Notes under the pieces: model-generated
What the model saw: only the letters and a program-made list of their open reading frames with translations
Databases searched by the model: none
What the model was told of the DNA's origin: nothing
DNA from: the human T2T-CHM13v2.0 reference genome, Homo sapiens
Reading direction: 5' to 3'
Length of the DNA stretch: 64,000 bases
NCBI GenBank assembly: GCA_009914755.4
Contig: CP068257.2
Coordinates: 17,760,001-17,824,000 of the forward strand
In this document: positions 16,365 to 30,545 of the stretch, piece after piece
Position numbering within the stretch: the stretch's first letter is position 1
Layout of the letters: every line of letters starts with the position of its first letter
Translations under genes and position numbers: made by a program

Positions 16365-17935
16365 AACATTTTACTAGAAGTAAATATGAGTATTCTAAAT
16401 TTTTAAAAGCTTAAAGCTCTCAAAATAATCACATCTGTCAAATGAGTAACAGCACACATTGCTATGCAAAGCCTCAAGTCAATCACATATACGTAGCAGG
16501 TGATGGCTTACTTTAGTATGAAATGAACAAAGTTTGAAGAGCTATGGAATTGCAAAAACATGAAGTTAGATTGAGGTCTTATCTTAAATAGCTGTGTGAA
16601 CTTTAACTTGTCACTTAAACTCTAAATTTCTGTTTCTTCATCTGAAAAGTGGAATACATAAGGTTTTCTTGAAGAATTTTTAAGAGGATGACAATAAATT
16701 TTACATGTACTTCATTACTTACAGATGATAGATACTAAGTAATGTTAAAAACACACTTGCAATGCCAAAAGAAGTTACGTTATTTTTATAATTTATGTTA
16801 TATATAATATATCTAAAATTTATCTAATAAAATAGAGGACATTTACATAAAAGTATTTATAAACTGACACAAATACAAAAATCGCAGAAAATCATTTAAA
16901 AAATTAAGAAAGAATTGGTTCTCTCTGATAACACATGCAGTAAGTTTAAAGGAAAGACCAACAAGAAAATCTCATCTGAGATCTTAAATGGGGTATTTAT
17001 TATTTAAATGACTTTTCTAATTTCTTATGGTTGATATTCAGCCTTACAGTATCAAATACATGATTTTGTCAACACTGAGAATTAATTATTTTCATAGAGG
17101 AAAACTCATAAAATCAAAGCTTATAACAAATTGTAAGAAATCTAATACTAAGCTTGAATGCCAATATATTAATTTACAGTAATAATAATTGCTAGACATA
17201 TTAAAAGCCTATTGAAATTTATAAGGGACAGTCTTTCAAGGTAATTTAAAAAATGAAGAAAATCATTATTAGACAATTACATCACTTCCAAAGAGAAATC
17301 AGTCTCAATGACTAGCTGGTATACCCAAAGATTTCAACATCTCCATCAGTCTCCACATTAGGTATAATTTTGTATATGGATCTTGAAGATTCAAATATTC
17401 ATATTACTAAGGTTTTGTCCTACATATGAAAATACTTGGATCAACATCACATATTTGTCTATGTAAATTCTATGTAAAATTCTACTTAATTTTTTAAAGA
17501 ATGGGATAAAACTCCATTTTGATGGAAATTTTGTTTTTCAAGTCATATTAGTAACAAATAAGAATATTACTGAACACGTGTCATGATGAGCACTATAAAC
17601 TGAATATCACTTTAAGAGATATTTACATATCTCTATTCTGATATATTAAGGGTATGAAAAAAGATAATTTATTAATTTACTCAGTAGTTATTTACTGAGT
17701 ACCTGTCATGCACCATACCAGATGTTCCAATTATAGTGGTAGACAAGATGGATAGAATCCCTGATTCCATTATGCTTACAAACTGATGACTATATGTCAA
17801 TTCAGAATAGCATTTCTCAGTAGTGTGGAAATCTGGTAAATAGGGACAGTAAAGAGAAAACAAATGAGCATAACACTAAGAATTCTCATGTTGAACTGTC
17901 ACTACTGCATAGTGTGTGGATCCTCATTCACACTA

Positions 17936-18241
<306 letters not shown>

Positions 18242-18489
18242 CACACTATTCTGACTAAAGCTACACTTTTACTGAAAGGTGCAGATGTCTGGGAAACGTG
18301 CATCTCTCCAACACTTATGACTATTTGACATGTCTCAAGTATTTTATAAAGTGGTTTATACGTGCTTGTCTTTTCCTTTTTACAACATATCACATTCTGC
18401 ATTTCAAATATGCACATAATGAAGCAGGATCAGAAAGAGAAAGTAACTTGCCTAATGTCACATAGCTCTTTAACTGTGAAGCCAAAAGT

Positions 18490-18897
18490 TTATCTCAGTG
18501 TTAAGGGCTGAATTGTGTACCCCAAAGCTCATATGTTGAAATGCTAAGCTCTGGTACCTCGGAATGCAGTTGTATTAGGAGATAGTGTTTTTAAAGAGGT
18601 AATTAAGTCAAAAGGAGATCATGAGGATGGGCCCTAATCCAACGTGACTGTGGTCCTTATAAGAAAAGGAAAGTAGGACACATAGAGAAACAGAGGTTAG
18701 AGCATGTAAAGACAAAGGGAAAATACAGCCATTTGCAAGCTAACAAGAGAGACCTCAAAATAAATTAATCCCACTGATATCTTGGTCCTGCACTTCTAGC
18801 CTCCAGAATTGTGAGGAAATAAATTTATGTTATTTAAGTTCTCCAATCTCTGGAATTTTGTTATGGCAGCCCCAGCAAACTGACATACTCAGATTGG
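18490..18897 (+). mobile_element. MLT1-type MaLR solo LTR
   Basis: Start GGGCTGAATTGTGTACCCCAAAGCTCATATGTTGAAATGCTAAGCTCTGGTACCTCGGAATG...GAGGTAATTAAGTCAAAAGGAGATCATGAGGATGGGCCCTAATCCAA.GTGACTG.GGTCCTTATAAGAAAAGG. End TCTAGCCTCCAGAATTGTGAGGAAATAAATTTATGTTATTTAAGTTCTCCAATCTCTGGAATTTTGTTATGGCAGCCCCAGCAAACTGA. This fits what I recall of the MLT1 LTR consensus: TGTGTCCCCCAAAATTCATATGTTGAAG...CCAGCCTCCAGAACTGTGAGAAATAAATTTCTGTTGTTTAAGCCACCCAGTCTATGGTATTTTGTTATAGCAGCC. Confidence 0.65.
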
Positions 18898-19530
18898 ACT
18901 GACTCCAAATAAATGGCTTATAAGCAAAATTTATGGAATTTATAAGGACTTTATAAAGAAAAAGAGATATTCTATGGATTATTAATTATTTCTCCACACA
19001 TAAAAGATATTCTATATGTCAAAAATAAAACATCATTGGGTTCCAATTCTTATATCTAAGGTATAACTTTTAAGAAAAAAAATGAGTAAAATGATACCAG
19101 AAATAAAGACATTATTAACAGGATTATCTGATGATAAGATAACAGGTATTTCTTTTTATATTTAACATATTTATTCTATATGATCTAGTATGTTTTGTCA
19201 ATTAACATTTCTTTTTAAAATACTTATTAAATACTATTTTAGGTATTTCTATTAATAATTATTGAAATCTATTACAAGAAATGAATTTGCTGGATGCTGT
19301 GAGGACAAAACAGGGGAAGAACACACAGATTTCTAAAGTATAATCCTTGTAAATGCATCCACTATGACTTGCTTCTCTAAATCATGGTTTAAAACAGTTG
19401 GTTGTTTCTTTGTTATTGATTCTTTTTTTTTATTTTTATTTTTTTACTACTGATGGTAAATCATCCACTTCTATCACAGTCAATCTTTCCTATTAGGAAA
19501 ATTCCAGAACATTCCTCTTGAAGTATATTT

Positions 19531-19694
<164 letters not shown>

Positions 19695-21656
19695 CCAATT
19701 TCTTAAGATAAGGGGTGGGGATATTATTCAAGTCCTACTGCAACGCCCAGGTAAACAGGGGAATCTAATCATTTCCCTGTTGCTATTGCCTGTTGTTCTG
19801 GAGAGTTCAAGGACTGGTTGTTACTGCTACAGTGATATTCTTGCCATGCAAACTTCTGAGGCTGAGTTACCTCTTGGTTTCCCATGTTTGAACCCCAATA
19901 ATAACATGCTTATAGTTGACATGCCCAGTTATTTTGGCTCTTCCTTAGGGTCAGGAAAAGCTCCACAGGGCAATCATAAGTCATATCCAAAACAGCCGCT
20001 GTCCCTGAGATTTGGGTGCTTATTTTGAGCCAGAGTAAAGCCGAAACTCTTCCATCTCTTCTGGTGAATACTCCTTTTGGGGCATTTGACCCTATGTTCA
20101 CTGACACTCTGCCTTTCTAGAGAGGTGTTCTGAAAACCCAGAGATATGTTCCAGTGATATGTCTTTGCAATGCCAGAATACGTTTAGCATAACCTCCCAC
20201 CTTTTCCCAAAAGCATTGACATGCCTCCTCTTCAAACATACACATAAACAAAGGAGGACCATTCCAGTCTTTCTTTACGAATCACACAATAAGCACTAAA
20301 TTGCTGCTTGATTTCTACATCAGAGAGACTAGATTTTGTAAGTAATACTTTTGAATGAAAAACTCAATCTCATTTTAGATCTTTTATTCAAAGAAGATAA
20401 ATAACGGGCCTAAAGTTAACGATTGGGGTTGAATATACATTTAAGACAGCATCCCACGCTCCAGCATGTTTCTCCCACCTCCCAATCTCCCTTTTTTTAT
20501 TTTGTGTATAATCTCATGTGCTGTTTTCATTTCATTGTAATTTTCTTCATAATTAAGAATCTATGACTTATTTCCTTTCCCTATCATTTCCTTTCTCGTA
20601 ACATAGCAAAACAATGTGGCAAAATCAGTGATTTGTTACTTAAGTAATGTAATCAGTGCTCATTTAAAAAAACAAAAAAAGAATATTTTAATCATATTTT
20701 TTCTTTATGAGTCTCTACTTGTTTGCACATATTTGTAGTAGGGAAAAAAGTTGATATAGTAAACATTATTTTCCTTCCTTTTCTTTTTCTTTATTCTAGC
20801 AGTTGCTCATTGAATCAACTGGTATACCGAAATTCTGTCTTTTGAGCAAAGGCATAGGTCCCAGACAGTGGAGTGGGAAGAAATATGTAGAGACAGTGTC
20901 TGGGGGAAAAGGGAAGAAAAGAAGAATATTTGTGCACTCTAACAGCAGAGACAACTCATATGCTATTTCTTTGCATCTGAATGAAGTCAACAAAACTCAT
21001 GGAAAACAGACACTGTTCTCTGAGTTCTACAAAAAAACAGAGCCTGAGGCAAAGAACCCGTATGTTAACAATTATTTGGCAAGGGGCATTGCCAGAGAAG
21101 TAAGAATGAAGAGGAAAACAAACAAGAGTGCAGTAAGGAAGGAGGAAGATAAAATACAAAGTGATGTGTTGCTAAGCTTGTGACGGCTTAGCGTCAAAAC
21201 ACAACTGTCACACTTGGAGGCATCTCCCAAGAGGCTGCTTGGAATTACTGCATTTCAGAACAGTTCACAGTAAGTGAAAGGGAGGGGAGGAAGATTGAGC
21301 AATTAATCTGCTGTCTCTTTCCTGTCTTCTGTCTCTGTATATGTATGGGGTATAGATAACTCTCTTGACCCCCCACAGTCACTAAGTTCTGGGTTGTGTT
21401 TTCTAGCCCTTTAAAGTAGCCATTGGTGAAATTAAAGACATCACAGGCCTATTCATGCCTGTGACCTCTCCTTAGCAGGAAGTGCACAGAGAGAAGGGGA
21501 ATGTTCTTACGCAGCGGCGAAGGCAGCAGCCACCACACTCTGAGCTTTAGAACTGTGGGTACACAGTGAGCCATTGATAGAACTGACCCAGCAAGGAAGA
21601 AAGACAAATAATGGAAGAACAGAACTATGGCAATTTTGGAAGGTACCTGATAACAG

Positions 21657-22059
21657 TTCGGATATTTTTTCCCACTCAAAGCTCATGTTGAATTGTAATT
21701 CCCAGTGCTAGAGGTGGGGGTCTGGTGGAAGGTGTTTGGGTCACGGGGGCAGATCACTCATGGCTTGGTGCTGTCTTTACAATAGTGATTTCTCTCAATA
21801 TCTGATCATTTAAAAGTGTGGAACACCTTCCCCACAATTCTCTTCCTTGCTCTTGCCCTGACCATGTAACGTGCCTTTTGTTCCCACTTCACTTTCCACC
21901 ATGATTGAAAGCTCCCTGAGGCTTCACCAAAAGCTGCAGATGCCAACACCATGCTTCCTCTGAAGCCTGCAGAACTGTGAGCCAATTAAACCTCTTTTCT
22001 TTATTAGTTACTCAGTCTCAGGTATTTCTTTACAGCAATGCAAGAATGGCCTAATACAG
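21657..22059 (+). mobile_element. MaLR (MST/THE1-like) solo LTR
   Basis: Start TTTTTTCCCACTCAAAGCTCATGTTGAATTGTAATTCCCAGTGCTAGAGGTGGGGGTCTGGTGGAAGGTG.TTGGGTCACGGGGGCAGATC. End GCCTGCAGAACTGTGAGCCAATTAAACCTCTTTTCTTTATTAGTTACTCAGTCTCAGGTATTTCTTTACAGCAATGCAAGAATGGCCTAATACAG. Same LTR family architecture as the THE1 LTRs at 12028 and 14391. Confidence 0.8.
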
Positions 22060-25000
22060 TATCCAGTAAAAGGTAAACTTTTCTATTCACCTGACAGTAT
22101 AAGTCTGAGTGAGAAATTATTACCTTTTTTACACTTTAAAAATTTCCTACCTACTATAGAAAAAGGTCTTATCTAGCAATGTGCAAAACAATTATAATCA
22201 AGGGCTGTTTATAAAGGTGATAATACACATCCATACATGTTTATGCTCATAAGTTTGTTACATCATTGATATTGAGACGTGAAATGGACTCTCAGGAGTC
22301 ACAGCTCAGAAACGTCAGAGAACACCGATAAGACAGAATTTCAAAGTATTATAGTCAAAACTAAACTTAACTAAAACTGTAAGTCAGTGAAAACTAAACA
22401 AAACAACCAACCTGAAGGAATAGCAGGGGAAATAAAGAGATCAATGAAAGGTTTCTTTGATGAGATTTATTTCTCTGACTTCACGGAATACTGAGGAAAG
22501 AAACTTTGTGTACAATTATCTTTAAGGACCTTGTATGAAATTCTAAATTTCTTTTAATTGCAAACAAACAAGCAATAGCAATAAAAATAATCTCTTTTTA
22601 TAGTTATAAAATGAATAGCCTGATTGATAAAAGACACTCTTGTCTCTCTACCCTTTTCAATATCTAAAATTAGAGGAAGAGTGGCAGAGATGACGTTATG
22701 GGTTTGTCTCTCAAATGAGAAAATAATCAGAGGCCACATCAACCTAGGACTCTCAGAGACTTTTCATGGTATGGCAGTTTTCAGCCACACATTAACCCAA
22801 CTCCTCTGCCATTTCTATCCTCCCAGTCGGTCTCTGCTCTGTGTGAGACCCCCAGGTATGTGGCATGACCCTTGAAGGGTCCACAAAAAGAAATGAGGTC
22901 TAGATTAATGTCCTTTGTGGAACACAAGGTGTAGAGGTAAAATTTAAGTGGAAAGAGAAAGTAAAATTATATTTTGTGTACAATTGAGTTTGTTGACTAA
23001 TATTCTCCCTCTCACTTTAAATATATACAAACTCAGAATATTGATAACTCATCACAAATATATAAACAGAATTATATCTTTAAAGTTTGCTTCATTTAGT
23101 AAACATTATCAAAATCACTAATGATGTAAAAAGTACATTTAAGTAATATATTAAAGTGTATAGATGTGCCATGTTGTACTCATTTGTACTTTTGTTAGTA
23201 GATATCTTGGTATATATAAACTGTGATCAAAGCTATGATTACTCCCTGAAGAAGCATTTTCAGAAGAACCAATTACTTAGAAAATTTTTAAAGACTCTTG
23301 GGGTATTGCAAAATTGCCCTCCAGAAAATTCATTCCAATTTACAATCACTCTATCAATTTATTAGAGGGTTTTTTGCAATCATTCACTGTTTATTGCAAC
23401 CTCTCACTGGCAGTATCAAATGTGTAGTAAGAAAAACAAGAAATAGTATTGTTATTAATTCCTATTAATTCAGTGAACATGTCTTAACATACATGTTGGT
23501 TATCTGCATTTCTTTGTTTTAAAATTCCTGCTTATAAATGTACTTTATGGCATAAAGTAGGGAATTGATTTGGCCTACCAATATCACAGTAAATTGTGTT
23601 CATTTAGAACATTAGCTTTGTGGTCAGTCTATGCTTCCTAATGTAATGTTGATTAGCTTGGTGACATGGGTTACATTATATATCATTTTTAACCTTCAGT
23701 TTTCACATCTATAAAAATAGAAATAATAATAAATGTATATCTCCTAGTATTGTTTAATCTAAATGATGTAATACCCCCAAAGTAATTAGCATGTCACTAG
23801 TACACTGTTCATGTCGAATAAAGGTAAACTGCTATAATTACAGGAAAGATAGTTGACATATCTGCTAAAGCAAAACTTGAATTCAACACAAGTGTCTCAT
23901 TCTTTCTTTAAAAAAGCCAAAAATACTAAATCAATATTTAAAAAAATAGTATTGATGTGCCAAACTAAAATATGAACAATTTTATTTTAAAATAATCTTA
24001 CAAAATATAATTAAATTAATAAACTAATTCTTTGTCATAAGAAATAAGTGGTTTTCATGATGCAGACCTATTAGATTAAGGAAGAAACTTCAATAAGCAC
24101 ATTATGTTATATCATTGATTTTTTGTTATTATTTTCTCATGCTTGTGGCCTGTTAACTGAGAAAGTGAATAGGCCATTAAAATGTTCTAGGTTTTTAAAA
24201 TATATTTAATAAACATAGAAGGAGAAGTTGCACTTATTAGGCTGTACTTCATGTAATTCACACAGCCACAAAACAAATGGTGAGTATAAAACATGTTCTA
24301 CTGATTGCGGGCAAGACAGCCAAATAAGAAAAGCTCCAGTCTCCAGCTCCCAGCGAGACCAATGCAGAAGGCAGGTGATTTCCACATTTCCAACTAAGGT
24401 ACCCAGTTCATCTCATTAGGACTGGTTAGACAGTGGGTACAGCCCACGGAAGGCAAGCAGAAGCAGGGTGGGGCATCACCTCACCCAGGAGGTACAAGGG
24501 GTCGGGGAACTCCCTCGCCTAGCCAAGGGAAGCTGTGAGGGACTGTGCCATGAGGGATGATGCTATCTGGCCCAGATACTACATTTTTCCCACGGTCTTC
24601 ACAACCACAGAACAGGAGATTCCCTCGGGTGCCTACAACACCAAGGCCCTGGATTTCAAGCACAAAACTGGGCGGCCATTTGGGCAGACACCTAACTCGG
24701 TGTCTGCAAACTGCAGGAGTTTTTGTCATACCTCAGTGGTGCCTGGAACACCAGTGAGACAGAACCATTCACTCCTCTGGAAAGGGGGCTGAAGCCAGGG
24801 AGCCGAGTGGTCTTGCTCAGCAGATCCCACCCCCATGAGGCCCAAAAAGCTAAGATCCACTGGCGTGAAATTCTCGCTGCCAGCACATCAGTCTGAAGTC
24901 AAATTGGGATGCTTGAGCTTGGTGGGAGGAGCGGTGTCCACCAATACTGAGGCTTGCAAACGCAGTTTGCCCCTTACAATGTAAACAAAGCTGCTGGGTG

Positions 25001-25639
25001 GTTCAAACTGGGTGCAGAACCCACCGCAGTGCGGCAAAGCTGCTGTAACCAGACTGCCTCTCTAGATTCCTCCTCTCTGGGCAGGGCATCTCTGAAAAAA
25101 AGGCAGCAGCCCCAGTCAGGGGCTTATAGATAAAACTCCCATGTTTCTGGGACAGAACACCTGGGGGAAGGGCTGGCTGTGGGCACAGCTTCAGCAGACT
25201 TAAATGTTCCCGCCTGTCAGCTCTGAAGAGAGCAGCAGATCTTCCAGCACAGAGCATGAGCTCTCCTAAGGGACAGACTGTCTCCTCAAGTGGGTCCCTG
25301 ACTTCGTAACTCCTGACTGGTAGACATTTAGCAGCAGGGGTTGACAGACACCTCATACAGAAGAACTCTAGCTGGCATCTGGCAGTTGGCCCTCTGGGAT
25401 GAAGCTTCCACAGCAATCTTTGCTGTTGTGTAGCCTCGGCTGGTGATATCCAGGCAAATAAGGCCTGGAGTGGATGTCCAGCAAACTCCAGCAGACCTGC
25501 AGAAGTGGGGCCTGAGTGTTAGAAGGAAAACTAAAAAACAGAAAGCGATATCATCAACATCAACAAAATGGACGCCCACACAAAAACCCCATCTGAAGGT
25601 CACCAATATCGAAGACCAAAGGTAGATAAATCCACAAAC

Positions 25640-26668
25640 ATGAGGAAAAACCAGTGCATAAAGGCTGAAAATTCCAAAAACCAGAACACCTCTTGTTTTC
25701 CAAAGGATCACAACTTGTCACCACCAAGGGAAAAAAATTGGATGGAGAATGAATTTGACAAATTGACAGAGTAGGCTTCAGAAGGTGGTAATAACAAACT
25801 CCTCTGAGCTAAAGGAGCATGTTCTAACCCAATGCAAGAAAGCTAAGAACCTTGATAAAAGGTTACAGAAACTGCAAACTAGAATAATCAGTTTAGAGAA
25901 GAATATATATGACCTGATGGAGCTGAAAAACACAGCACAGCAAGAGAACTTCGTGAAGCATACACAATTATCAATAGCTGAATTGATCAAGTGGAAGAAA
26001 GGATATCAGAGACTGAAGATCAACTTAATGAAATAAAGCATGAAGACAAGAGTAGAGAAGAAAGAATGAAAAGGAACAAACAAAGCCTCCAAGAAATATG
26101 GGACTATGTGAAAAGGCCAAACCTACGTTTGATTGCTGTACCCGAGAGTGACGGGGAGAATGGAACCAAGTTGGAAAACACACTTCAGGATATTATCCAG
26201 GAGAAATTCCTCAGCCTAGCAGGACGGGCCAACATTCAAATTCAGGAAATACAGAGAACACCACAAAGATAATCCTTGAGAAGTGCAACCCCAAGACACA
26301 TAATCATTAGATTCACCAAAGTTGAAATGAAAGAAAAAATGTTAAGGACAGCAAGAGAGAAAGGTCAAGTTACCCACAAAGGGAAGCCCATCAGATTAAC
26401 AGCAGATCTCTCTGTAGAAACTCTACAAGCCAGAAGAGAGTAGGGGCCAATATTCAACCTTCTTAAAGAAAAGAATTTTCAACCCAGAATTTCATACCCA
26501 GCCAAACTAAGCTTCCTAAGTGAAGGAGAAATAGAATCCTTCACAGACAAGCAAATGCTGAGAGATTTTGTCACCACCAGGCCTGCCTTACAAGAGTTCC
26601 TGAAGGAAGCACTAAATATGGAAAGGAAAAACTGGTACTAGGCACTGCGAAAACATACCAAAATGTAA
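25640..26668 (+). pseudogene. L1 ORF1 remnant (ORF1p RNA-binding protein), with frameshifts and stops
   Basis: Starts ATGAGGAAAAACCAGTGCATAAAGGCTGAAAATTCC, which matches the L1 ATGGGGAAAAAACAGAACAGAAAAACTGGAAACTCT. Translated pieces QSLQEIWDYVKRPNLRLIAVPESDGENGTKLENTLQDIIQE match the conserved ORF1p C-terminal domain. The reading frame is split across at least two frames (ORFs 25785-26036 and 25991-26272), and an in-frame TAG occurs near 25772. Confidence 0.85.
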
Positions 26669-26727
26669 AGACCATTGACACTATGAATAAACTGTACCAA
26701 CTAATGGGCAAAATAACCAGCTAGCAT

Positions 26728-29700
26728 CATAACAACAAAATCAAATTCACACATAACAATGATAACTTTAAATGTTAACAGGCTAAATGCCCCAATTAAA
26801 AGATACAAACTGGCAAATTGGATAAAGAGTCAAGATCCATTGGTGTGCTGTATTCAGGAGACCCAACTCACATGCAAAGACACACATAGGCTCAAAATAA
26901 AGAGATGAAAGAATATTTACCAAGCACATGGAAAGAAAAAAACAGAGGTTGCAATCCTAGTCTCTGATGAAACAGACCTTAAACCAACAAAGATCAAAGA
27001 AGACAAGGGCATTATAAAATGGTAAAGCAATCCATGAAACAAGAAGAGCTAACTATCTTAAATATATATGCACCCAATATAGGAGCACCCAGATTCATAA
27101 AGCAAGTTCTTAGAGACCTACAAAGACACTTAGACTCCCACACAATGATAGTGGAAGACTTTAACACCACACTGTCCATGTTAGACAGATGAACAAGACA
27201 GAAAATTAACAATGATATTCAGGACTCTTGAACTGAGCTCTGGACCAAGCAGACCTAATAGACATCTAAAGAACTCTCCACCCAAATCAACAGAATATAC
27301 ATTCTTCTCAGCACCACACCACATAGCACTTATTCTAAAATCAACCACATAATTGGAAGCAAAACACTCCTCAGCAAATGCAAAAGAATGGAAATCATAA
27401 CAGACAGTCTCTCAGACCACAGTGCAATCAAATTAGAACTCAGGATTAAGAAACTCACTTAAAACCACACAACCACATGGAAACTGAACAACCTGTTCCT
27501 GAATCATTACTGGGTAAATAACAAAATTAAGGCATAAGTAAATAAGTGCTTTGAAACCAGTGAGAACAAAGATACAACACACCAGAATCTCTGGGACACA
27601 GATAAAGCAGTGTTTAGAGGGAAATTTCTAGTACTAAATGCCCACATGAGAAAGCAGGAAAGATCTAAAATCGACACCTTAACATCACAATTAAAAGAAC
27701 TAGAGAAGCAAGAGTAAAGAAATTCAAAAACTAGCAGAAGACAGTAAATAACTAAAATCAGAGCAGAATTAAAGGAGATAGAGACAGGAAAAACCCTTCA
27801 AAAAATCAATGAATCCAGGAGCTGGTTTTATAAAAAGATTAACAATATAGATAGACTGCTAGCCAGACTAATGAAGAAGAAAAGAAAGAAGAATCAAATG
27901 GACACAATAAAAAATGATAAATAGGATATCACCACTGATTCCACTGAAATACACACTACCATCAGATAATATTATAAACACCTCTACACAAATAAATTAG
28001 AAAATCTAGAAGAAATGGATAAATTCCTGGACACATACACCCTCCCAAGACTAAACCAGCAAGAAGTCGAATTCCTGAATGGACCAATAACAAGTTCTGA
28101 ATTTGAGGCAGTAATTAATAGCCTACCAACCAAAAAAAGCCCAGGACCAGACAGATTCACAGCTGAATTCAATCAGAGTTACAAAGAAGAGCTGATACCA
28201 TTTCTTCTGAAACTGTTCCAAACCGTAGAAGAAGAGGGATTTCTCCCTAATGCATTTTATGAGTCCAGCATCATCCTGATACGGAAAACTGGCTGAGACA
28301 CAACAAAAAAAGAAAATTTCAGGCCAATATCCCTGATGACCTTCGATGCAAAAATCCTCATTAAAATACTGGTAAACCAAATCCAGCAGCACATTAAAAA
28401 GCTTATCCACAACTATCAAGTCGGCTTCATTCCTGGGATGCAAGCCTGGTTCAACATACACAAATCAATAAACATAATCCATCACATAAACAGAACCGAT
28501 GACAAAAACCACAAGATTATCTCAATAGATACAGAAAAGTCTTTGATAAAATTCAACACCCATTCATGCTAAAAGCACTCAATAAACTAGGTATTGATGG
28601 AATGTATCTCAAAATAATATGAACCATTTATGACAAACTCACAGCCAATATCATACTGAATGAGCAAAAACCGGAAGCATTCCCTTTGAAAACCAGCACA
28701 AGACAAGGATGCTGTCTCTCACCACTCCTATTCAACATACTATTGGAAGTTTTGGCCAGGGCAATCAGGCAAGAGAAAGAAATAAAGAGTATTTAATGAA
28801 GCAGAGAGGATGTCAAATTGTTTCTGTTTGCAGATGACATGATTATACATTTAGAAAACCCCATTGTCTCAGCCCAAAATCTCAAGCTGATAAGCAACTT
28901 CAGCAAAGTCCCAGGATACAAAAGAAATGTGCAAAAATCACAAACATCCCTATACACCAATAATAGAAAAACAGAGAGCCAAATCACGAGTGAAATCCCA
29001 TTTACAATTTCTACAGAGAATAAAATACCTAAATATACAACTCACAAGGGATGTGAAGGACCTCTTCAAGAAGAACTACAAACCACTGCTCAAGGATTTA
29101 AGAGAGGAGACAAACAAATGGAAAAACATTCCATGTTCATGGTTTGGAAGAATCAATATTGTGAAAATGGCCATACTGCCCAAAGTAATTTATAGATTTA
29201 ATGCTCTTCTCATCAAGCTACCATTGACTTTCTTCACAGAATTAGAAAAAACTACTTTAAGATTCATATGGAACCAAAAAAGAGCCCATATAACCAAGAC
29301 AATCCTAAGCAAAAAGAACAAAGTTGGAGGCATCATGCCACCTGACTTCAAACTATACCACAAGGCTATGATAACCAAAACAGCATGTTACTGGTACCAA
29401 TTACAGATATATAGACCAATGGAACAGAACAGAGGCCTCAGAAATAACACCACACATCTACAACCATCTGATTTTTGACAAAACTGACATAAACAAGCAA
29501 TGAGGAAAGGATTCCTTATTTAATAAATGGTTGGGAAAACTGGCTAGCCATATGGAGAATACTGAAACTGGACCTCTTCCTTACACCTTATACAAAAATT
29601 AACTCAAGATGGATTAACAACTTAAATGTAAGACCTAAAACCATAAAAACCCTAGAAGAAAACCTAGGCAATACCATTCAGTATATAGGCATGGGCAAGG

Positions 29701-30545
29701 CTTCATGACTAAAACATCAAAAGCATTTGCAACAAAAGCCAAAATTGACAAATGGGATCTAATTAAACGAAAGAGCTTCTGCACAGCAAAAGAAATTATC
29801 AGACTGAACAGGCACCCTACAGAATGGGGGAAAATGTTTGCAATCTATGCACTTGAGAAAGCGATAATATCCAGAATCTACAAGGAACTTAAACAAATTT
29901 ACAAGAAAAAAAGAAACAACCCCATCAAAAAGTGGGCAAAGAATATGAACAGGCACTTCTCAAAAGAAGACATTTATGAGACCAACAAACATATGAAAAA
30001 AAGCTCGTCATCACTGGTCATTAGATAAATGCAAATCAAAACCACAATGAAATACCATCTCACGCCAGTTAGAATGGCTGTCATTAAAAAGTCAGGAAAC
30101 AGCAGATGCTGGAGGGCATGTGGAGAAATATGGATGCTTTTACACTATTGGCGGCAGTGTAAATTAGTTCAACCATTGTGGAAGACAGTGTGGTGATTCC
30201 TCAATAATCTAAAACCAGAAATACCATTTGACCCAGCAATCCCATTACTGGGTATATACCCACGTAGAATAAGTCATTCTACTGTAAAGACACATGCACA
30301 CATATGTTTACTGCAGCACTGTTCACAATAGCAAAGACTTGGAACCAACTGAAATGCCCATCAATGATAGACCGGATAAAGAAAATGTGGCACATATACA
30401 CCATGGAATACTATGCAGCCCTAAAAAAGAATGAGATAATGTCCTTTGCAGGGACATGGATGAAGCTGGAAGCCATCATTCTCAGCACACTAACACAGGA
30501 ACAGAAAACCAAACACCCATGTTCTCATTCATAAGTGGGAGTTGA
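26728..30545 (+). pseudogene. L1 ORF2 remnant (endonuclease plus reverse transcriptase), heavily disrupted
   Basis: The ORF2 start codon is lost (AACAACAAAATCAAATTCACACATAACAATGATAACTTTAAATG against ATGACAGGATCAAATTCACACATAACAATATTAACTTTAAATATAAATGG). Reverse-transcriptase motifs are present (FADDMII for the FADD box; [11 protein letters not shown]). The C-terminal end reads SLTQEQKTKHPCSHS, then TGA. The region is broken into six-frame ORFs of 183 aa or shorter. Confidence 0.85.

Noticed and set aside
28927-29478. 183-aa ORF, plus neighbouring ORFs at 28015-28296, 28336-28572, 28818-29195 and 29705-30028.
   Set aside because: These are fragments of the decayed L1 ORF2 (reverse-transcriptase and C-terminal domains) split by stops and frameshifts. 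They are annotated as part of the L1 pseudogene, not as independent genes.
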